This document shows positions 26,943 to 36,990 of a DNA stretch of 64,000 nucleotides, piece by piece (positions within the stretch are counted from its first letter, which is position 1; every line of letters begins with the position of its first letter). Origin of the DNA: a virus; IMG/VR virus record IMGVR_UViG_3300029787_000001, positions 1 through 64,000 of that record; one strand, 5' to 3'. The notes beneath the pieces were generated by a model, which saw only the letters and a list, made by a program, of their open reading frames with translations, was not told the origin of the DNA and searched no databases. Position numbers and translations under genes: made by a program.

Positions 26943-29891
26943 ATGTCTTTTGCGACTGATAAATGGTTTAAGCACCTACACGAAGAGTTACTAACAGAGG
27001 GTCTTGGAGACATCGGGTTATCCGAGTTGATGATAAACTTGATACGTGCGGCAATGCCTGATGCTTCCGAGAAAGGCAGGGTATGGGTTGGCAACGCTTG
27101 GAAGTCAGAAGACCCCGTAATGCTTAGGAGAAGCGGACCGCAGTTTTGGGTAGACGCTATGGAAATGTTGGAGAAAATCTCTAAGTCCGATGCCTTTGCA
27201 CAGTCAAGGTATGATGACGACCGAAACCCAGACGAAATCCCACCAAATGAGGCTGATAAAAATAACATCTTGGACAACGCCATAGAGACTTACAGACGCA
27301 GGGGCATGAGCAATTGGTCTAAAGCCCGCCGTAAGTTTATAAAGAAGGCAAGTCAAGCAAATATTCCAGATGAAGTGGTGATCAAAGCTGTCGCAGCACT
27401 TGATGATCTTGAGAGAGGCACTTGGGAAGACTTCAGTAACAGAAAAATAAGTAATGTCATCACGACTCTCAACCAAAACCCTAACAATTACGACATGATT
27501 AAGTCAATCCCGCCCGATGACTGGGATGAAGCTGAGATGGATTGTTATCAATTTCAGCAAGAACAAGAAGACCCGGATCAAATTATGCACACATTTGACG
27601 ATGGGTCTTATTGGTATGATCTTCAGTCTAGTAACTGCTCGGTCGAAGGGGACAGAATGGGGCATTGCGGCTCAGACCAACGAGGTACACTATACTCTCT
27701 ACGCAAGAAAGATGAGAATAAAAAGTTCTCAAGTTCCTATGTTACGATTGCTTATAACTCCTACGACAAGACCATTTACCAAATTAAAGGAAGAGCCAAC
27801 GAGGCTCCTCCCGAATCCGTTTGGGGACACATTGCTTGGTTTATCGACAAGACGGAGACCGTGAGGGTCGAAGAAAGAGGTGAATACTCTAACGACCAAG
27901 GAGGCTTCGATAGGATGACCGCTGGACTGATAGAGCGCACACGCGGAGTAGAGTTCCCAAACAGCCCTGAAGAAAGAGCCAAAGAATTACTCGAAGAGTG
28001 CGAAAACGTCCGAGAAAGATATTACAACACTGACAGACTAGAGGGCGTCAACTTGAACGGAGTTTGGGTCGATGACGACGACGGCGAAGAATACATGTTC
28101 TGGTACGACCAAGTTCGTGAGATTATAGTCCCGTTCATAGACATTGAGATGACGGAGGTGCTGGCTGCCAAGATCAACAAAAACGAAGGGGGCATCAAAG
28201 AGGCAATCATAGACATTATCAACGAAGAAGACCGGAACGACATCTTCGATCAACGGCAGTGGGAAGTAGAAATTGTTTCTGCGGTCGGTGCCGAGCCTTG
28301 GCTTGATGGGTTGGAAGATGCTCAGCGCCCCGATGAAGCAAGCTACTATTATGCCTTTTATGATCTTAGTGGAATTCAGGACTACTTTATGTATAGCAAC
28401 GGGAACAACATGGAGCCCGCTGGCTACGAAGAATTTTTAGACATAGCTTCAGAATTTGTCCAAGATATTTACGACGCGCAGGACGACATCCAAAGTCTCT
28501 TGATAGAAAGAAAGCTACTGAACCGATCGGGCGTAATGGACTACGCTGACAAAGTTAAACAAGAATTCAACAACTTCCGAGTCGTAGAGGGTGTTCGGAG
28601 CAATGAAATTGATGTTGTGTCTTCGGGTGTTCTGTTTAACACCACATTAGACGAGATGGACACCATTCTCTTCGCACTCAACTTCGCAGATCACCCTACA
28701 ATAAGAGGGGGCTTGAAACTCAATCGCTACGCATCAACTCCTGTTTTCAGGAAAGAGATAATAAAAGAGTTAGCCAAATCAGAAAAGGCTGCCGCAGATT
28801 TTGCCAAAAAGCAAATGAAGCTGAACTATGGTCCAGAATACGAGAAAAAGATCGACAGCATATGGGACACAGCAAGACTTTCAGAATTCTTTGAGTCTAA
28901 TTTGTTTGCTGGCATCAGAATTATTCGCAGCAAAACTGCTGATAACCCACGCCCCGCTCAAAAATTAGACTCTACCGTAAACCGATTTGACTACAAGTTC
29001 TCACTGAAGATCACAGGCGGCACATTGCCAGCCTTTGGTCCCTTTATGGAATATTATGACAACAATTTTGAGTTAATCACAAATGCCTTTTCAAAAGTAG
29101 TCAAGACAATGATTGCCGATAGGCTGAAAGACTTCAAAGCTAAGACAGGCAGCGACACAAACTTGCCTCTACAAGAGGCGCGCCCCAATCCAATTGATGT
29201 GCGAGTCTACGAAATTGATTTTGTTATGTCTTACCCCCTCGGTCAGGGCTTTGAAATCACCGACATCCACAACATCATTCGTGCGATTCCAGATGTGACA
29301 ACCGTTCGTTCAGTTGGCAACGCCAAGAAGTCCCAAGGCAACAGAACTATCACCTTACAGAAACTAAAGTTTGCTTTACGAGGACAGAAAAACAGAATGG
29401 AGTGGGTCAGGCAGATTTTGCTCCCACAGATCCACAAGATTAACAGCAGCATTCGCATCCACAAAGTTGATCGTGCTGATTTGGTTACTTCAAGCAAAGC
29501 TAGACTTGAGGAAACTTACTACAATTCAACCATGCGACAGTCGCCCGGCAGAACAACTCCCGTCCCTTCTATTCAAAGCTTGATTGATGATTGGGTAGAG
29601 GGCGGTGTCATGTACGATCAGCCAGTAAACCAAAACCTAACTCGCTACAGCGTGATGATGCCAGTGAAAGATCTGGAGCACCTTTGCGGTCGCGAAGCTC
29701 GCAAACATGGAAATCATTTTGATGCTGGTTACGAAAACTTTATTCAGAATGGTCCACGCGACCCTATTTACTTAGCGATTGGCAAAAATGGGAGAGCGAA
29801 GATTACTGGAAATGAAGACGATTTGCGTTATGCAATCAAAGCAGGAGTAGAAGAGGTCCCAGTGTTTATCTCTTATCAGCGCCAAGTTTAG
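26943..29891 (+). CDS. Large multi-domain probable virion protein (982 aa), C-terminal ParB/Srx-like segment
   Basis: ACTATTTA at 26915; W..L.EELLTE start; PIYL..G...ITGNE...A...G..EVPV end. Confidence 0.7.
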   Translation: MSFATDKWFKHLHEELLTEGLGDIGLSELMINLIRAAMPDASEKGRVWVGNAWKSEDPVMLRRSGPQFWVDAMEMLEKISKSDAFAQSRYDDDRNPDEIPPNEADKNNILDNAIETYRRRGMSNWSKARRKFIKKASQANIPDEVVIKAVAALDDLERGTWEDFSNRKISNVITTLNQNPNNYDMIKSIPPDDWDEAEMDCYQFQQEQEDPDQIMHTFDDGSYWYDLQSSNCSVEGDRMGHCGSDQRGTLYSLRKKDENKKFSSSYVTIAYNSYDKTIYQIKGRANEAPPESVWGHIAWFIDKTETVRVEERGEYSNDQGGFDRMTAGLIERTRGVEFPNSPEERAKELLEECENVRERYYNTDRLEGVNLNGVWVDDDDGEEYMFWYDQVREIIVPFIDIEMTEVLAAKINKNEGGIKEAIIDIINEEDRNDIFDQRQWEVEIVSAVGAEPWLDGLEDAQRPDEASYYYAFYDLSGIQDYFMYSNGNNMEPAGYEEFLDIASEFVQDIYDAQDDIQSLLIERKLLNRSGVMDYADKVKQEFNNFRVVEGVRSNEIDVVSSGVLFNTTLDEMDTILFALNFADHPTIRGGLKLNRYASTPVFRKEIIKELAKSEKAAADFAKKQMKLNYGPEYEKKIDSIWDTARLSEFFESNLFAGIRIIRSKTADNPRPAQKLDSTVNRFDYKFSLKITGGTLPAFGPFMEYYDNNFELITNAFSKVVKTMIADRLKDFKAKTGSDTNLPLQEARPNPIDVRVYEIDFVMSYPLGQGFEITDIHNIIRAIPDVTTVRSVGNAKKSQGNRTITLQKLKFALRGQKNRMEWVRQILLPQIHKINSSIRIHKVDRADLVTSSKARLEETYYNSTMRQSPGRTTPVPSIQSLIDDWVEGGVMYDQPVNQNLTRYSVMMPVKDLEHLCGREARKHGNHFDAGYENFIQNGPRDPIYLAIGKNGRAKITGNEDDLRYAIKAGVEEVPVFISYQRQV

Positions 29892-29899
29892 GAGAACAA

Positions 29900-30634
29900 A
29901 TGAAGAAATCAATCCGTAGCATAGGGTCTATATTATTTGGAGTCATCTTCGGGTTGTTTCTTGTGACGTTGCTGACATTGCATCCACAGCCTGAGAACCC
30001 TCATAGTTATGAGACGACTTCTAAACACTACGACATAAGCCAGAAGCAGGCAATCAAGAGATCTGTGAATTCAGCAGTTCGTGTAATCTCAATGAATCTC
30101 AAGAGTGGCAATGTGTCCTCCCTAAGCGGCACCTACTTTGCTTTCGAGGGTAAGTTTTATGTTTTAACTTCTGCCCACGGGATTATTAGCGAATGCGATA
30201 GTTTAGTAATCTTTCACATACAAGAGCACAAAAGTTGCATAAAACTTGTTAAAATTGATCGTAATTCTGACTATGCCATCTTTGAGGTTGAAGAGATGCC
30301 ATCGAGAACAGCAATTAAGATCCCCAAGGCTCTTGGAACTTGGAAAAAGAGTTACAACCTACTTGACAAGACATACTACACAGGTTATCCTAATAGCATA
30401 GGACCCACCACTTGGACCGGAAACATCTCTGGCTTTACTGGAGACTACTTAGTGGTGCAGACTTACGCTTGGTCCGGGGCATCCGGCTCAGGTGTATTTG
30501 ACGAAAGAGGAGAACTAATCGGAATTATCATGGCACTTGATGTGGGGGCAAATGAGTATGGTTACCAAGTATTGAACAACTTTGTGATTGTAGTTCCTAT
30601 CTGGCAAATTGATTTCGGTTCCCTATTGGAGTAA
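29900..30634 (+). CDS. Trypsin-like serine protease with N-terminal TM/signal
   Basis: LTSAH, DYAI, GASGSGVF triad motifs. Confidence 0.85.
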   Translation: MKKSIRSIGSILFGVIFGLFLVTLLTLHPQPENPHSYETTSKHYDISQKQAIKRSVNSAVRVISMNLKSGNVSSLSGTYFAFEGKFYVLTSAHGIISECDSLVIFHIQEHKSCIKLVKIDRNSDYAIFEVEEMPSRTAIKIPKALGTWKKSYNLLDKTYYTGYPNSIGPTTWTGNISGFTGDYLVVQTYAWSGASGSGVFDERGELIGIIMALDVGANEYGYQVLNNFVIVVPIWQIDFGSLLE

Positions 30635-30639
30635 AAAAA

Positions 30640-30873
30640 ATGTCAGATAAAGATGATAAAAATAGCCCCTATGAACAGGTGGCATGCAAACTAGATACTA
30701 TTGACTTTTGCTTGCACAAAGCGCAGCAAGAGATAGCCGAACTAGTTAAAAGAATGAGAGAGGACCCTGAGATTTGTCCTGACGAAGAAGAATCCGATCA
30801 GGCACTCCAAGATGCACTCGACAGTTATTTCGTCAACGACTTACTAAAGCAAAAACCCGTAGGAGAAGCTTAA
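30640..30873 (+). CDS. Hypothetical protein
   Basis: ORF in operon. Confidence 0.6.
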   Translation: MSDKDDKNSPYEQVACKLDTIDFCLHKAQQEIAELVKRMREDPEICPDEEESDQALQDALDSYFVNDLLKQKPVGEA

Positions 30874-31235
30874 TGTCAGAAGCCATAGCGGCTGTCAGCA
30901 CCGAGGTAGAAGACCTCAAGCCTAAGAAGCTGACCAACAAAGCCCCGCAGGGCATGACTACCTTTACTGTGTGTCGTCAAAGCGACGAGACAGGGATTTC
31001 TGGTGAAGGCGTTGTTATTGAAGGCTGCCTGTTCGCGACAGGACACACGGTGATACACTGGCTTACGCCAGCACCCCGTGGCTCAATCGCTTTCTTTGAT
31101 AATTTTGATGACTTTATCAAGATTCATGTTAGTTCTCACCCCACAAATGGGACAATTATCACCTATGATGATGGGCGACAGACTATTTACACTGCTACAG
31201 GAGAGGTAAAAAAGAATGAGCCAGAAGAAAGTTGA
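30873..31235 (+). CDS. Hypothetical phage protein
   Basis: R..DETGISG.G.V.EG..F.TG motif. Confidence 0.7.
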   Translation: MSEAIAAVSTEVEDLKPKKLTNKAPQGMTTFTVCRQSDETGISGEGVVIEGCLFATGHTVIHWLTPAPRGSIAFFDNFDDFIKIHVSSHPTNGTIITYDDGRQTIYTATGEVKKNEPEES

Positions 31236-32139
31236 TCAACGCAAGAGCCCAGAGCCATCACAAATAACTGGTAACGCTGCACAAAGAGCTTATAGAGATC
31301 AACGCCGTGCTAACGGTAAAATGTATACCCAAGCAGGCGGACTTAAAAACAAAGCAAGCGGCAGCCCATACAGCACTAATGTCAAGCCTTTTGGCACTGA
31401 CAAGTATCGATTTGAAGAGGTTTTAGAAGTAGATCCCGAGGGCTTTCAAATTAATGACCAATTGGAGCCTCGCATCTGGAAAGATGAGAAGCTTCGCCCA
31501 TTCATTAAAAAGAAGCTAATGGAAATCGTAAATGACTTCATCGATGGGCTTCCCTTTCCCGCAACCGTTCAAGATGTTCGTTTCACCGGTTCTCTTGCCA
31601 ACTATAACTGGTCTAAATACTCTGACATCGATCTACACATCGTGATAGACTTTACAGAGTTGGACGACAACAAAGAGTTGGTTAAAGAAATGTTTGATGC
31701 AAAACGTCTGCGCTGGAATGAACACCATGACATAACCATCAAAGGCTATGAAGTTGAGTTGTATGTTGAAGACGAAGGTGAGGAGCACTCTTCCTCCGGC
31801 ATTTACTCTGTCATGGAAGATGAATGGGTGAATCATCCTGAACGCATAGACCGCACCGTCGATCTCGACACGGCAAAAAAGAAGGCATCCGACATAGAAC
31901 AGCAGATAGCCTCTATTGACGCCATGTTTGACCGTGGTCAGTTTGAAAAAGTAATCAAGCATGTTGACCGCTTGAAGAAAAAGATTCGCTCTATGAGGCA
32001 AGCAGGGCTTGACACGGAGGCTATGGAATTCAGCCCCGAGAACATTGCATTCAAACTCTTGCGCCGTAACGATCTCCTTGATACACTAACCAAGCTCAAG
32101 TACAAGGCTTACGACCAATCTATGACTTTGGATGATTGA
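31216..32139 (+). CDS. Pol-beta-superfamily nucleotidyltransferase
   Basis: FTGSLANYNW..YSDIDLHI and VELYVED. Confidence 0.85.
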   Translation: MSQKKVDQRKSPEPSQITGNAAQRAYRDQRRANGKMYTQAGGLKNKASGSPYSTNVKPFGTDKYRFEEVLEVDPEGFQINDQLEPRIWKDEKLRPFIKKKLMEIVNDFIDGLPFPATVQDVRFTGSLANYNWSKYSDIDLHIVIDFTELDDNKELVKEMFDAKRLRWNEHHDITIKGYEVELYVEDEGEEHSSSGIYSVMEDEWVNHPERIDRTVDLDTAKKKASDIEQQIASIDAMFDRGQFEKVIKHVDRLKKKIRSMRQAGLDTEAMEFSPENIAFKLLRRNDLLDTLTKLKYKAYDQSMTLDD

Positions 32140-32369
32140 TGGAATTCTACGAAATCACTGAGGATGTCTTTCCTCACCCCGGAGAGTACATCCTTTATGT
32201 TCCAGCACAATCGATTGTGTTGTGTGGTGCCTACACTGGCGACCGGATTAAAGCCTTGCACAACGGACGTGTTCTTGAGGATAAAGTTGAGAACTTCAAG
32301 AAGATAAAGGTTGGCACGAAAGAAAGGAAGCAGAAGTTTGTGTCAAGGTGCAAAGCGTGTGGTAAATGA
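32136..32369 (+). CDS. Hypothetical protein
   Basis: Coupled ORF. Confidence 0.6.
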   Translation: MMEFYEITEDVFPHPGEYILYVPAQSIVLCGAYTGDRIKALHNGRVLEDKVENFKKIKVGTKERKQKFVSRCKACGK

Positions 32370-32629
32370 CCAAAATCTACACCTATTGCCTTTTCGATGG
32401 CGATGACACATTCCATGGCGTTTACTCATCACTCGCCGCAGTTTATCGTGATGCGATTAAGATTGCCAACCAGGGGCAAAGCCGCGTGGTGCTTCAGACA
32501 GAAAACGGATGGGTCGATCCTGACTTGACAACGCTCCGCAACGTGTTATATTCAAAGTGCGATGTGGTGGTGCTCCTACAAGGGGGACGCCATAAAGCAA
32601 AAATACTCAAAACAAGACTAAAGGAGTGA
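32366..32629 (+). CDS. Hypothetical protein
   Basis: Coupled ORF. Confidence 0.6.
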   Translation: MTKIYTYCLFDGDDTFHGVYSSLAAVYRDAIKIANQGQSRVVLQTENGWVDPDLTTLRNVLYSKCDVVVLLQGGRHKAKILKTRLKE

Positions 32630-32783
32630 CTATGACCGACAATGACCACAATGCTTTCCTCTCTATGCACAATGATACAGATTGTGAAAATCCGTTTGAA
32701 GAAAACTTCTCATGGGATCCAGACGATTGGGAAGACTGGAACGATTGGCAAGAAGAAACAAACTCTCGTTACTGGTGGGTCTG

Positions 32784-33032
32784 ATGTATGAGATCTATGG
32801 CGTAACAGATTGCCCTCATTGCCTACGCGCACAAGCGTTATGTATGGAAAAGGACGTTGACTACGCTTGGGTGATGATGGATTGGTCCAAGGACTATCGC
32901 GAAAAGGTAAAGAAAGAGTTTGGCTGGGAAACCTACCCAATTATTGTCAAGATTGATTTCGACTCTTTAGAGGAAAAGTTGATCGGAGGTTTCAACGAAC
33001 TCATGCGCGAACTGCTTTCAGCCAAAGAGTAG
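32784..33032 (+). CDS. Glutaredoxin
   Basis: YGVTDCPHC, TYPII, IGGFNEL. Confidence 0.88.
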   Translation: MYEIYGVTDCPHCLRAQALCMEKDVDYAWVMMDWSKDYREKVKKEFGWETYPIIVKIDFDSLEEKLIGGFNELMRELLSAKE

Positions 33033-33044
33033 CATAGTTACTAT

Positions 33045-33284
33045 GTGGAAGAACTATCACCCGGCGACCTCGTAAGATGGATCATAGATTATAAAGTCTT
33101 TGAGGCACAAGAGAATGGTGAAGTGTTCCCCATAGATGCTGTTTGGGCATACGGAATCATCATTGAGGTTTCCTATGAAGACCCAATGTCAGTCGTGTTG
33201 GTGAGACTGGACACAAAAACACATCAAATTTTACACATGATACACGACGGCTTCGTTGTCGTCAGCAAAGCCACCGGAGGATAA
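33045..33284 (+). CDS. Small KOW-like protein
   Basis: LSPGDLVRW...YGIIIEV. Confidence 0.6.
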   Translation: MEELSPGDLVRWIIDYKVFEAQENGEVFPIDAVWAYGIIIEVSYEDPMSVVLVRLDTKTHQILHMIHDGFVVVSKATGG

Positions 33285-33746
33285 ATGGCAAAAAGAATCA
33301 CAGAAGGCTCACTCGTCTGCACTAATCGCAATGTAGAGGGCTTAGGTTTGGTCTTGAAAAGAATAAGAGACATCAATCAGTACACCGAGTTTGATCTTTC
33401 AGAGTCTTTTGCTAAGCTTTTTGATGACGATCACCCAGAATATTTATTCAAAAGCATGGAAAGTTACATTCTTGTCAGCCTACGAGGCGACGCAATTGAA
33501 AGCATTAACGAACAAATTGTCAGGAACAAGCCGGATGTAGAACTTGACGCCCTTCAGGTCTTCTGGAATCACAACAGGGCTTATTCTGTCACCTACTCTC
33601 CAAGAAAGAGAGTAAAAAAAGCCAAGGTTGATTTTTGCCTTGTTCACTGGACAAAAGCACCATCAGACTACGGTAGTAGACCATCAAGCTGGTACCAAAG
33701 AAAGAAGGCAGTTTGGATGACAACGAGTTCTGTTAAGAACAAATAA
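33285..33746 (+). CDS. Hypothetical protein
   Basis: GGAGG RBS, 153 aa. Confidence 0.7.
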   Translation: MAKRITEGSLVCTNRNVEGLGLVLKRIRDINQYTEFDLSESFAKLFDDDHPEYLFKSMESYILVSLRGDAIESINEQIVRNKPDVELDALQVFWNHNRAYSVTYSPRKRVKKAKVDFCLVHWTKAPSDYGSRPSSWYQRKKAVWMTTSSVKNK

Positions 33747-33804
33747 CGCCCAGCCCTTGACAGCAGGCGATCACCCGGATAGTCTATCTATACAGGGAGA
33801 GACA

Positions 33805-34251
33805 ATGTGTAGCCTACCCAAAGAGTATGACACGGGACCATTCGCCGAGAGGACGATGGTTTATCGAGGACGCAACTCGCGCTACTTCAACATCGCTCGC
33901 AAGGCTGCACTCTGCTCTGAGCAGACTGATTACAAGCACGGCGCCGTGTTGGTGAAGGGGGGCTCCGTAATCAACACAAGTTGCAATAAGAATCGGCTTG
34001 TCTCCTTTGGCTCCCGTTTCTGCACTGAGCACGAGGGAACACCAACTCTGCATGCGGAGTTGGGAGCTATTCTCGGACTTGACCGGAGCATCACAGAAGG
34101 CGCTTCTATCTATGTCTGCCGTGTTGGGAAAGATAATGGCTTTCGCCTTTCAAAGCCCTGCTCCATGTGTCACCAAGCAATGATTCATGTTGGGATCAAA
34201 AGGGTGTTTTGGTCTATTGATAACTACTCTTGCGCCATGGGGAAACTATGA
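33805..34251 (+). CDS. Zn-dependent cytidine/dCMP deaminase-like protein
   Basis: HGAVLV, HAE, KPCSMC. Confidence 0.85.
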   Translation: MCSLPKEYDTGPFAERTMVYRGRNSRYFNIARKAALCSEQTDYKHGAVLVKGGSVINTSCNKNRLVSFGSRFCTEHEGTPTLHAELGAILGLDRSITEGASIYVCRVGKDNGFRLSKPCSMCHQAMIHVGIKRVFWSIDNYSCAMGKL

Positions 34252-34646
34252 GACGTTGCGGCATTTGCGGCGAGCCCGGTCATTACCGAAGCACCTGCAC
34301 CAATAAAAGCACGGCAGGCAGCAAGCCCTCGATCAAGAAGGCAAAGTCTGTCAAGCCCATTGCTGACGAGTTTGAAGAGGACGACGGAGATTACGAAGAG
34401 ACTCTTTGTGATGAGTTTTGGCGTCCACTCAAGAAGGAAAAGAAGAAGAAAGTCATCCTCTGTTCTGTTTGTGGAGATGAAGGGCACAATGCGGCAACCT
34501 GCTATTACAGCAAGCCACCGCCTGATGTTCTTGGACCCACGATTATGGAATGTGGACACTTTACTTGGTGGATGGAAGACGGTGAATGCTCTCGCTGCAA
34601 CCAACGCCAGAAGCTAAGAGAACAATCCTATGAAGCAGCAGCATAA
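34248..34646 (+). CDS. Protein with two CCHC zinc knuckles
   Basis: CGICGEPGHYRSTC and CSVCGDEGHNAATC. Confidence 0.8.
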   Translation: MRRCGICGEPGHYRSTCTNKSTAGSKPSIKKAKSVKPIADEFEEDDGDYEETLCDEFWRPLKKEKKKKVILCSVCGDEGHNAATCYYSKPPPDVLGPTIMECGHFTWWMEDGECSRCNQRQKLREQSYEAAA

Positions 34647-34759
34647 GGAGAACTAACAATGAGCTTTTGTAAAAATTGCCAATTGAAAACAATCCACATT
34701 GTTGGAATTGTATTTGCTCTTGGTGTTATGTTGCTTGAATTTATTTAGGAGAACGAAGA

Positions 34760-34951
34760 ATGAAAGTCGGTGACCTTGTTAAACTTTCTCACATTGACTA
34801 CCCTCAGTACGTGAACCTGAAGGGGATTTTGATGGAAGAGGTTTTTCCACAAAAGTGGAAGGTTTACATCAAGGGCAAGATGCATCCTTACCTCGTCCAT
34901 CAAGTAAGCTTCGCCAACCACTGGAGAACGAATGATTCACATCACAGGTAA
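34760..34951 (+). CDS. Small MKVGD-family protein
   Basis: MKVGDLVKL after GGAGAACGAAGA. Confidence 0.7.
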   Translation: MKVGDLVKLSHIDYPQYVNLKGILMEEVFPQKWKVYIKGKMHPYLVHQVSFANHWRTNDSHHR

Positions 34952-35528
34952 GATCCCAAGAAGAGTTGCTGTCGCTGTAAGTGGCGGCATTGACTCTATG
35001 GCAGCCCTCGACTTTCTTCGCAGGGCTCATGATGTTGTTGTGTTGCACTACAACCACGGCACACCTTATGCTCCAAAGGCAGAGGCTCTTGTTCGTGCCT
35101 ATTGCATGAAGCACAAACTAACCATCGTCATCGGAAGATGCGAGGAAGAGATGCCCGATGGCGTTTCCCCTGAAGCGTGGTGGCGAGAAAAACGTTACAA
35201 GTTCTTTGAAGAAGCAACAACTTCGCCCATTGTCACGGCACACCACCTTGACGATCAGGTTGAGAACTGGATCTTCACAAGTCTCAATGGTAACCCATTC
35301 TTGATCCCGCACAAGCGCGATCAGTTCATCCGACCTTTCTTGACCACAGAGAAGCGAGACTTTACGATGTGGTGCATTCGCAAAGAAGTGCCAACGATCA
35401 GCGATCCCAGCAATGGAGACTATCGCTACAGGCGCAACTACATTCGCAATGTAATGATGCCGCACGTCACACACATCAATCCCGGCATCAAGAAAGTAGT
35501 GAAGAAGAAAGTCCTTGACAGCATGTGA
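34932..35528 (+). CDS. tilS: tRNA(Ile)-lysidine synthase-like, PP-loop domain only
   Basis: AVSGGIDS, HHLDDQVE, RPFL, DPSN...RRNYIR; 198 aa. Confidence 0.85.
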   Translation: MIHITGKIPRRVAVAVSGGIDSMAALDFLRRAHDVVVLHYNHGTPYAPKAEALVRAYCMKHKLTIVIGRCEEEMPDGVSPEAWWREKRYKFFEEATTSPIVTAHHLDDQVENWIFTSLNGNPFLIPHKRDQFIRPFLTTEKRDFTMWCIRKEVPTISDPSNGDYRYRRNYIRNVMMPHVTHINPGIKKVVKKKVLDSM

Positions 35529-35565
35529 TCGCCCGGTTAAGTTACAAGAGTAAGGAGAGAGACAC

Positions 35566-35736
35566 ATGACCACTGACGAACTGCGACACAACTATGCCGA
35601 CGCCTTCATCGCCCTTGTGATGGATGGTGCTGAGGGAAGCGCCCTCGATGTTCATCACCGCGATGCGATCATTCTCGCACTACAGGATGCGATCGAGTTC
35701 TTCTCGGCGGCTGAATACGGCACCGAGATTTCTTAA
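35566..35736 (+). CDS. Small early protein
   Basis: Own promoter and AAGGAG RBS; 56 aa. Confidence 0.65.
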   Translation: MTTDELRHNYADAFIALVMDGAEGSALDVHHRDAIILALQDAIEFFSAAEYGTEIS

Positions 35737-35807
35737 ATAAATCCTTGACAGCAGACGACCACCCGGTTAGATTAACAGAGTCCCAAGAGGACAAGGAGAC
35801 AAAGCAA

Positions 35808-35957
35808 ATGAGCATCGAACTTATGCAGCAGATTTCTAACATTCTCACCACCACTATCCTTTTCTATGCCACCCTGATTGGCATGTGCTCCCTTGTCATT
35901 GTGCATGAGGCGCGGAAGTTCATCAATGGACTCCCGACTCCCCGTCAGATTTCTTAA
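35808..35957 (+). CDS. Small single-TM early protein
   Basis: Own promoter, AAGGAG RBS. Confidence 0.6.
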   Translation: MSIELMQQISNILTTTILFYATLIGMCSLVIVHEARKFINGLPTPRQIS

Positions 35958-36086
35958 AAAAACACTTGACAGCCGCTACCCTGTCGGTTAGATTACAGGG
36001 GTAAGGAGGAAGACAGCGACCTCCCGACGCAAAAAAAACGCACTTGACAAGCCGCGCCCTCCCGGTTACAATAGGAGGGACACCAC

Positions 36087-36163
36087 GGGGAGATAGCTCA
36101 ATTGGTCAGAGCATCAGTCTCATAAACTGCCGGTTCCGAGTTCAAGTCTCGGTCTCCCTACCA
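36087..36163 (+). tRNA. tRNA-CAT (Ile2 or elongator Met; not initiator)
   Basis: Cloverleaf, loop CTCATAA, encoded CCA, no GGG/CCC anticodon stem. Confidence 0.92.
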
Positions 36164-36225
36164 TCTTAACACTATAGGTGTTGTCCCTACCTTAAAAGGG
36201 GCGCTCATAACTACAAGGAGAAAAT

Positions 36226-36429
36226 ATGAGTACCACTATCACCAGCAGCCTTATCCGCGAGGCAACCTTCGACGCCAACAGCCGCACGCTTACGGTCGTC
36301 CTCAACAGCGGTCGCGAGTACACCTATCAGGGTGTCGATCAGTCAGTCTACCAGGGTCTCGTCTCTGCTGACTCTGCCGGTCGCTTCTTCAACAAGAACA
36401 TTGTTGGTAAGTTCACGACCTCTTCCTGA
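36226..36429 (+). CDS. KTSC domain protein
   Basis: SS.I...FD....L.V....G..Y.Y.GV....Y..L..A.S.G.FFN..I. Confidence 0.9.
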   Translation: MSTTITSSLIREATFDANSRTLTVVLNSGREYTYQGVDQSVYQGLVSADSAGRFFNKNIVGKFTTSS

Positions 36430-36468
36430 TAAAGGAAAGCCCCGCCCCCGGCTTTGTAGGGGGCTCAC

Positions 36469-36544
36469 GCACCTATAGCTCAATTGGAAGAGCATCGGTT
36501 TTCTACACCGAGGGTTGAGGGTTCGAGTCCTTCTGGGTGTACCA
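36469..36544 (+). tRNA. tRNA-Arg(TCT)
   Basis: TCGGT-TTTCTAC-ACCGA, GTTCGAG T-loop, CCA. Confidence 0.93.
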
Positions 36545-36597
36545 TTTAGCCGACTCTGGGCTTTATCAGAGAACAAATAAAAAGGAAACAGAAAGTA

Positions 36598-36750
36598 ATG
36601 CGTAACATTATGATTCTCGCAGCCGCCATCATGGTAGGTTGTGGAGACAAGGACGAGGACACTGGCAGCGACACTGCCGAGGCTCAGGACACCGACGATG
36701 GTGGAGAGCCAGAAGACACTGGTGGGGAAGACACCGCTGTCGTAGAGTAA
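36598..36750 (+). CDS. Small acidic lipoprotein-like protein
   Basis: MRNIMILAAAIMVG-C lipobox, then DT(G/A/D) repeats. Confidence 0.7.
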   Translation: MRNIMILAAAIMVGCGDKDEDTGSDTAEAQDTDDGGEPEDTGGEDTAVVE

Positions 36751-36758
36751 GTAAGAAG

Positions 36759-36787
36759 CCGCTGGCACACCGGTTAAAGTGTGCCAC
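36759..36787 (+). repeat. Hairpin repeat copy 1
   Basis: CCGCTGGCACACCGGTTAAAGTGTGCCAC, 8-bp stem. Confidence 0.95.
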
Positions 36788-36990
36788 ACATGCTCACCAC
36801 CAACATAGGGTCCGAGTAGGTACAGGGAACTGGCTTCAGCGCTAATGCTGACTAAGATGATCCAGTAACGGAAACAACGCTCACCCGTGAGCGGGTCATG
36901 CTAATGATGTTGGAAACAATGTATAGGACAAGTTGATCACTTGTCCGAAAAGACGCCTAACAGAGATTAGGAGTGTCCCTGACATTGCAA
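36788..36990 (+). ncRNA. Candidate structured RNA between two hairpin repeats
   Basis: At least six complementary stems, no RBS/ORF. Confidence 0.5.

Noticed and set aside
36087-36163. Initiator tRNA-fMet
   Set aside because: No C1:A72 mismatch and no three G-C pairs in the anticodon stem
36788-36990. Group I intron
   Set aside because: No recognisable P7 R/S core sequences and no interrupted exon on either side
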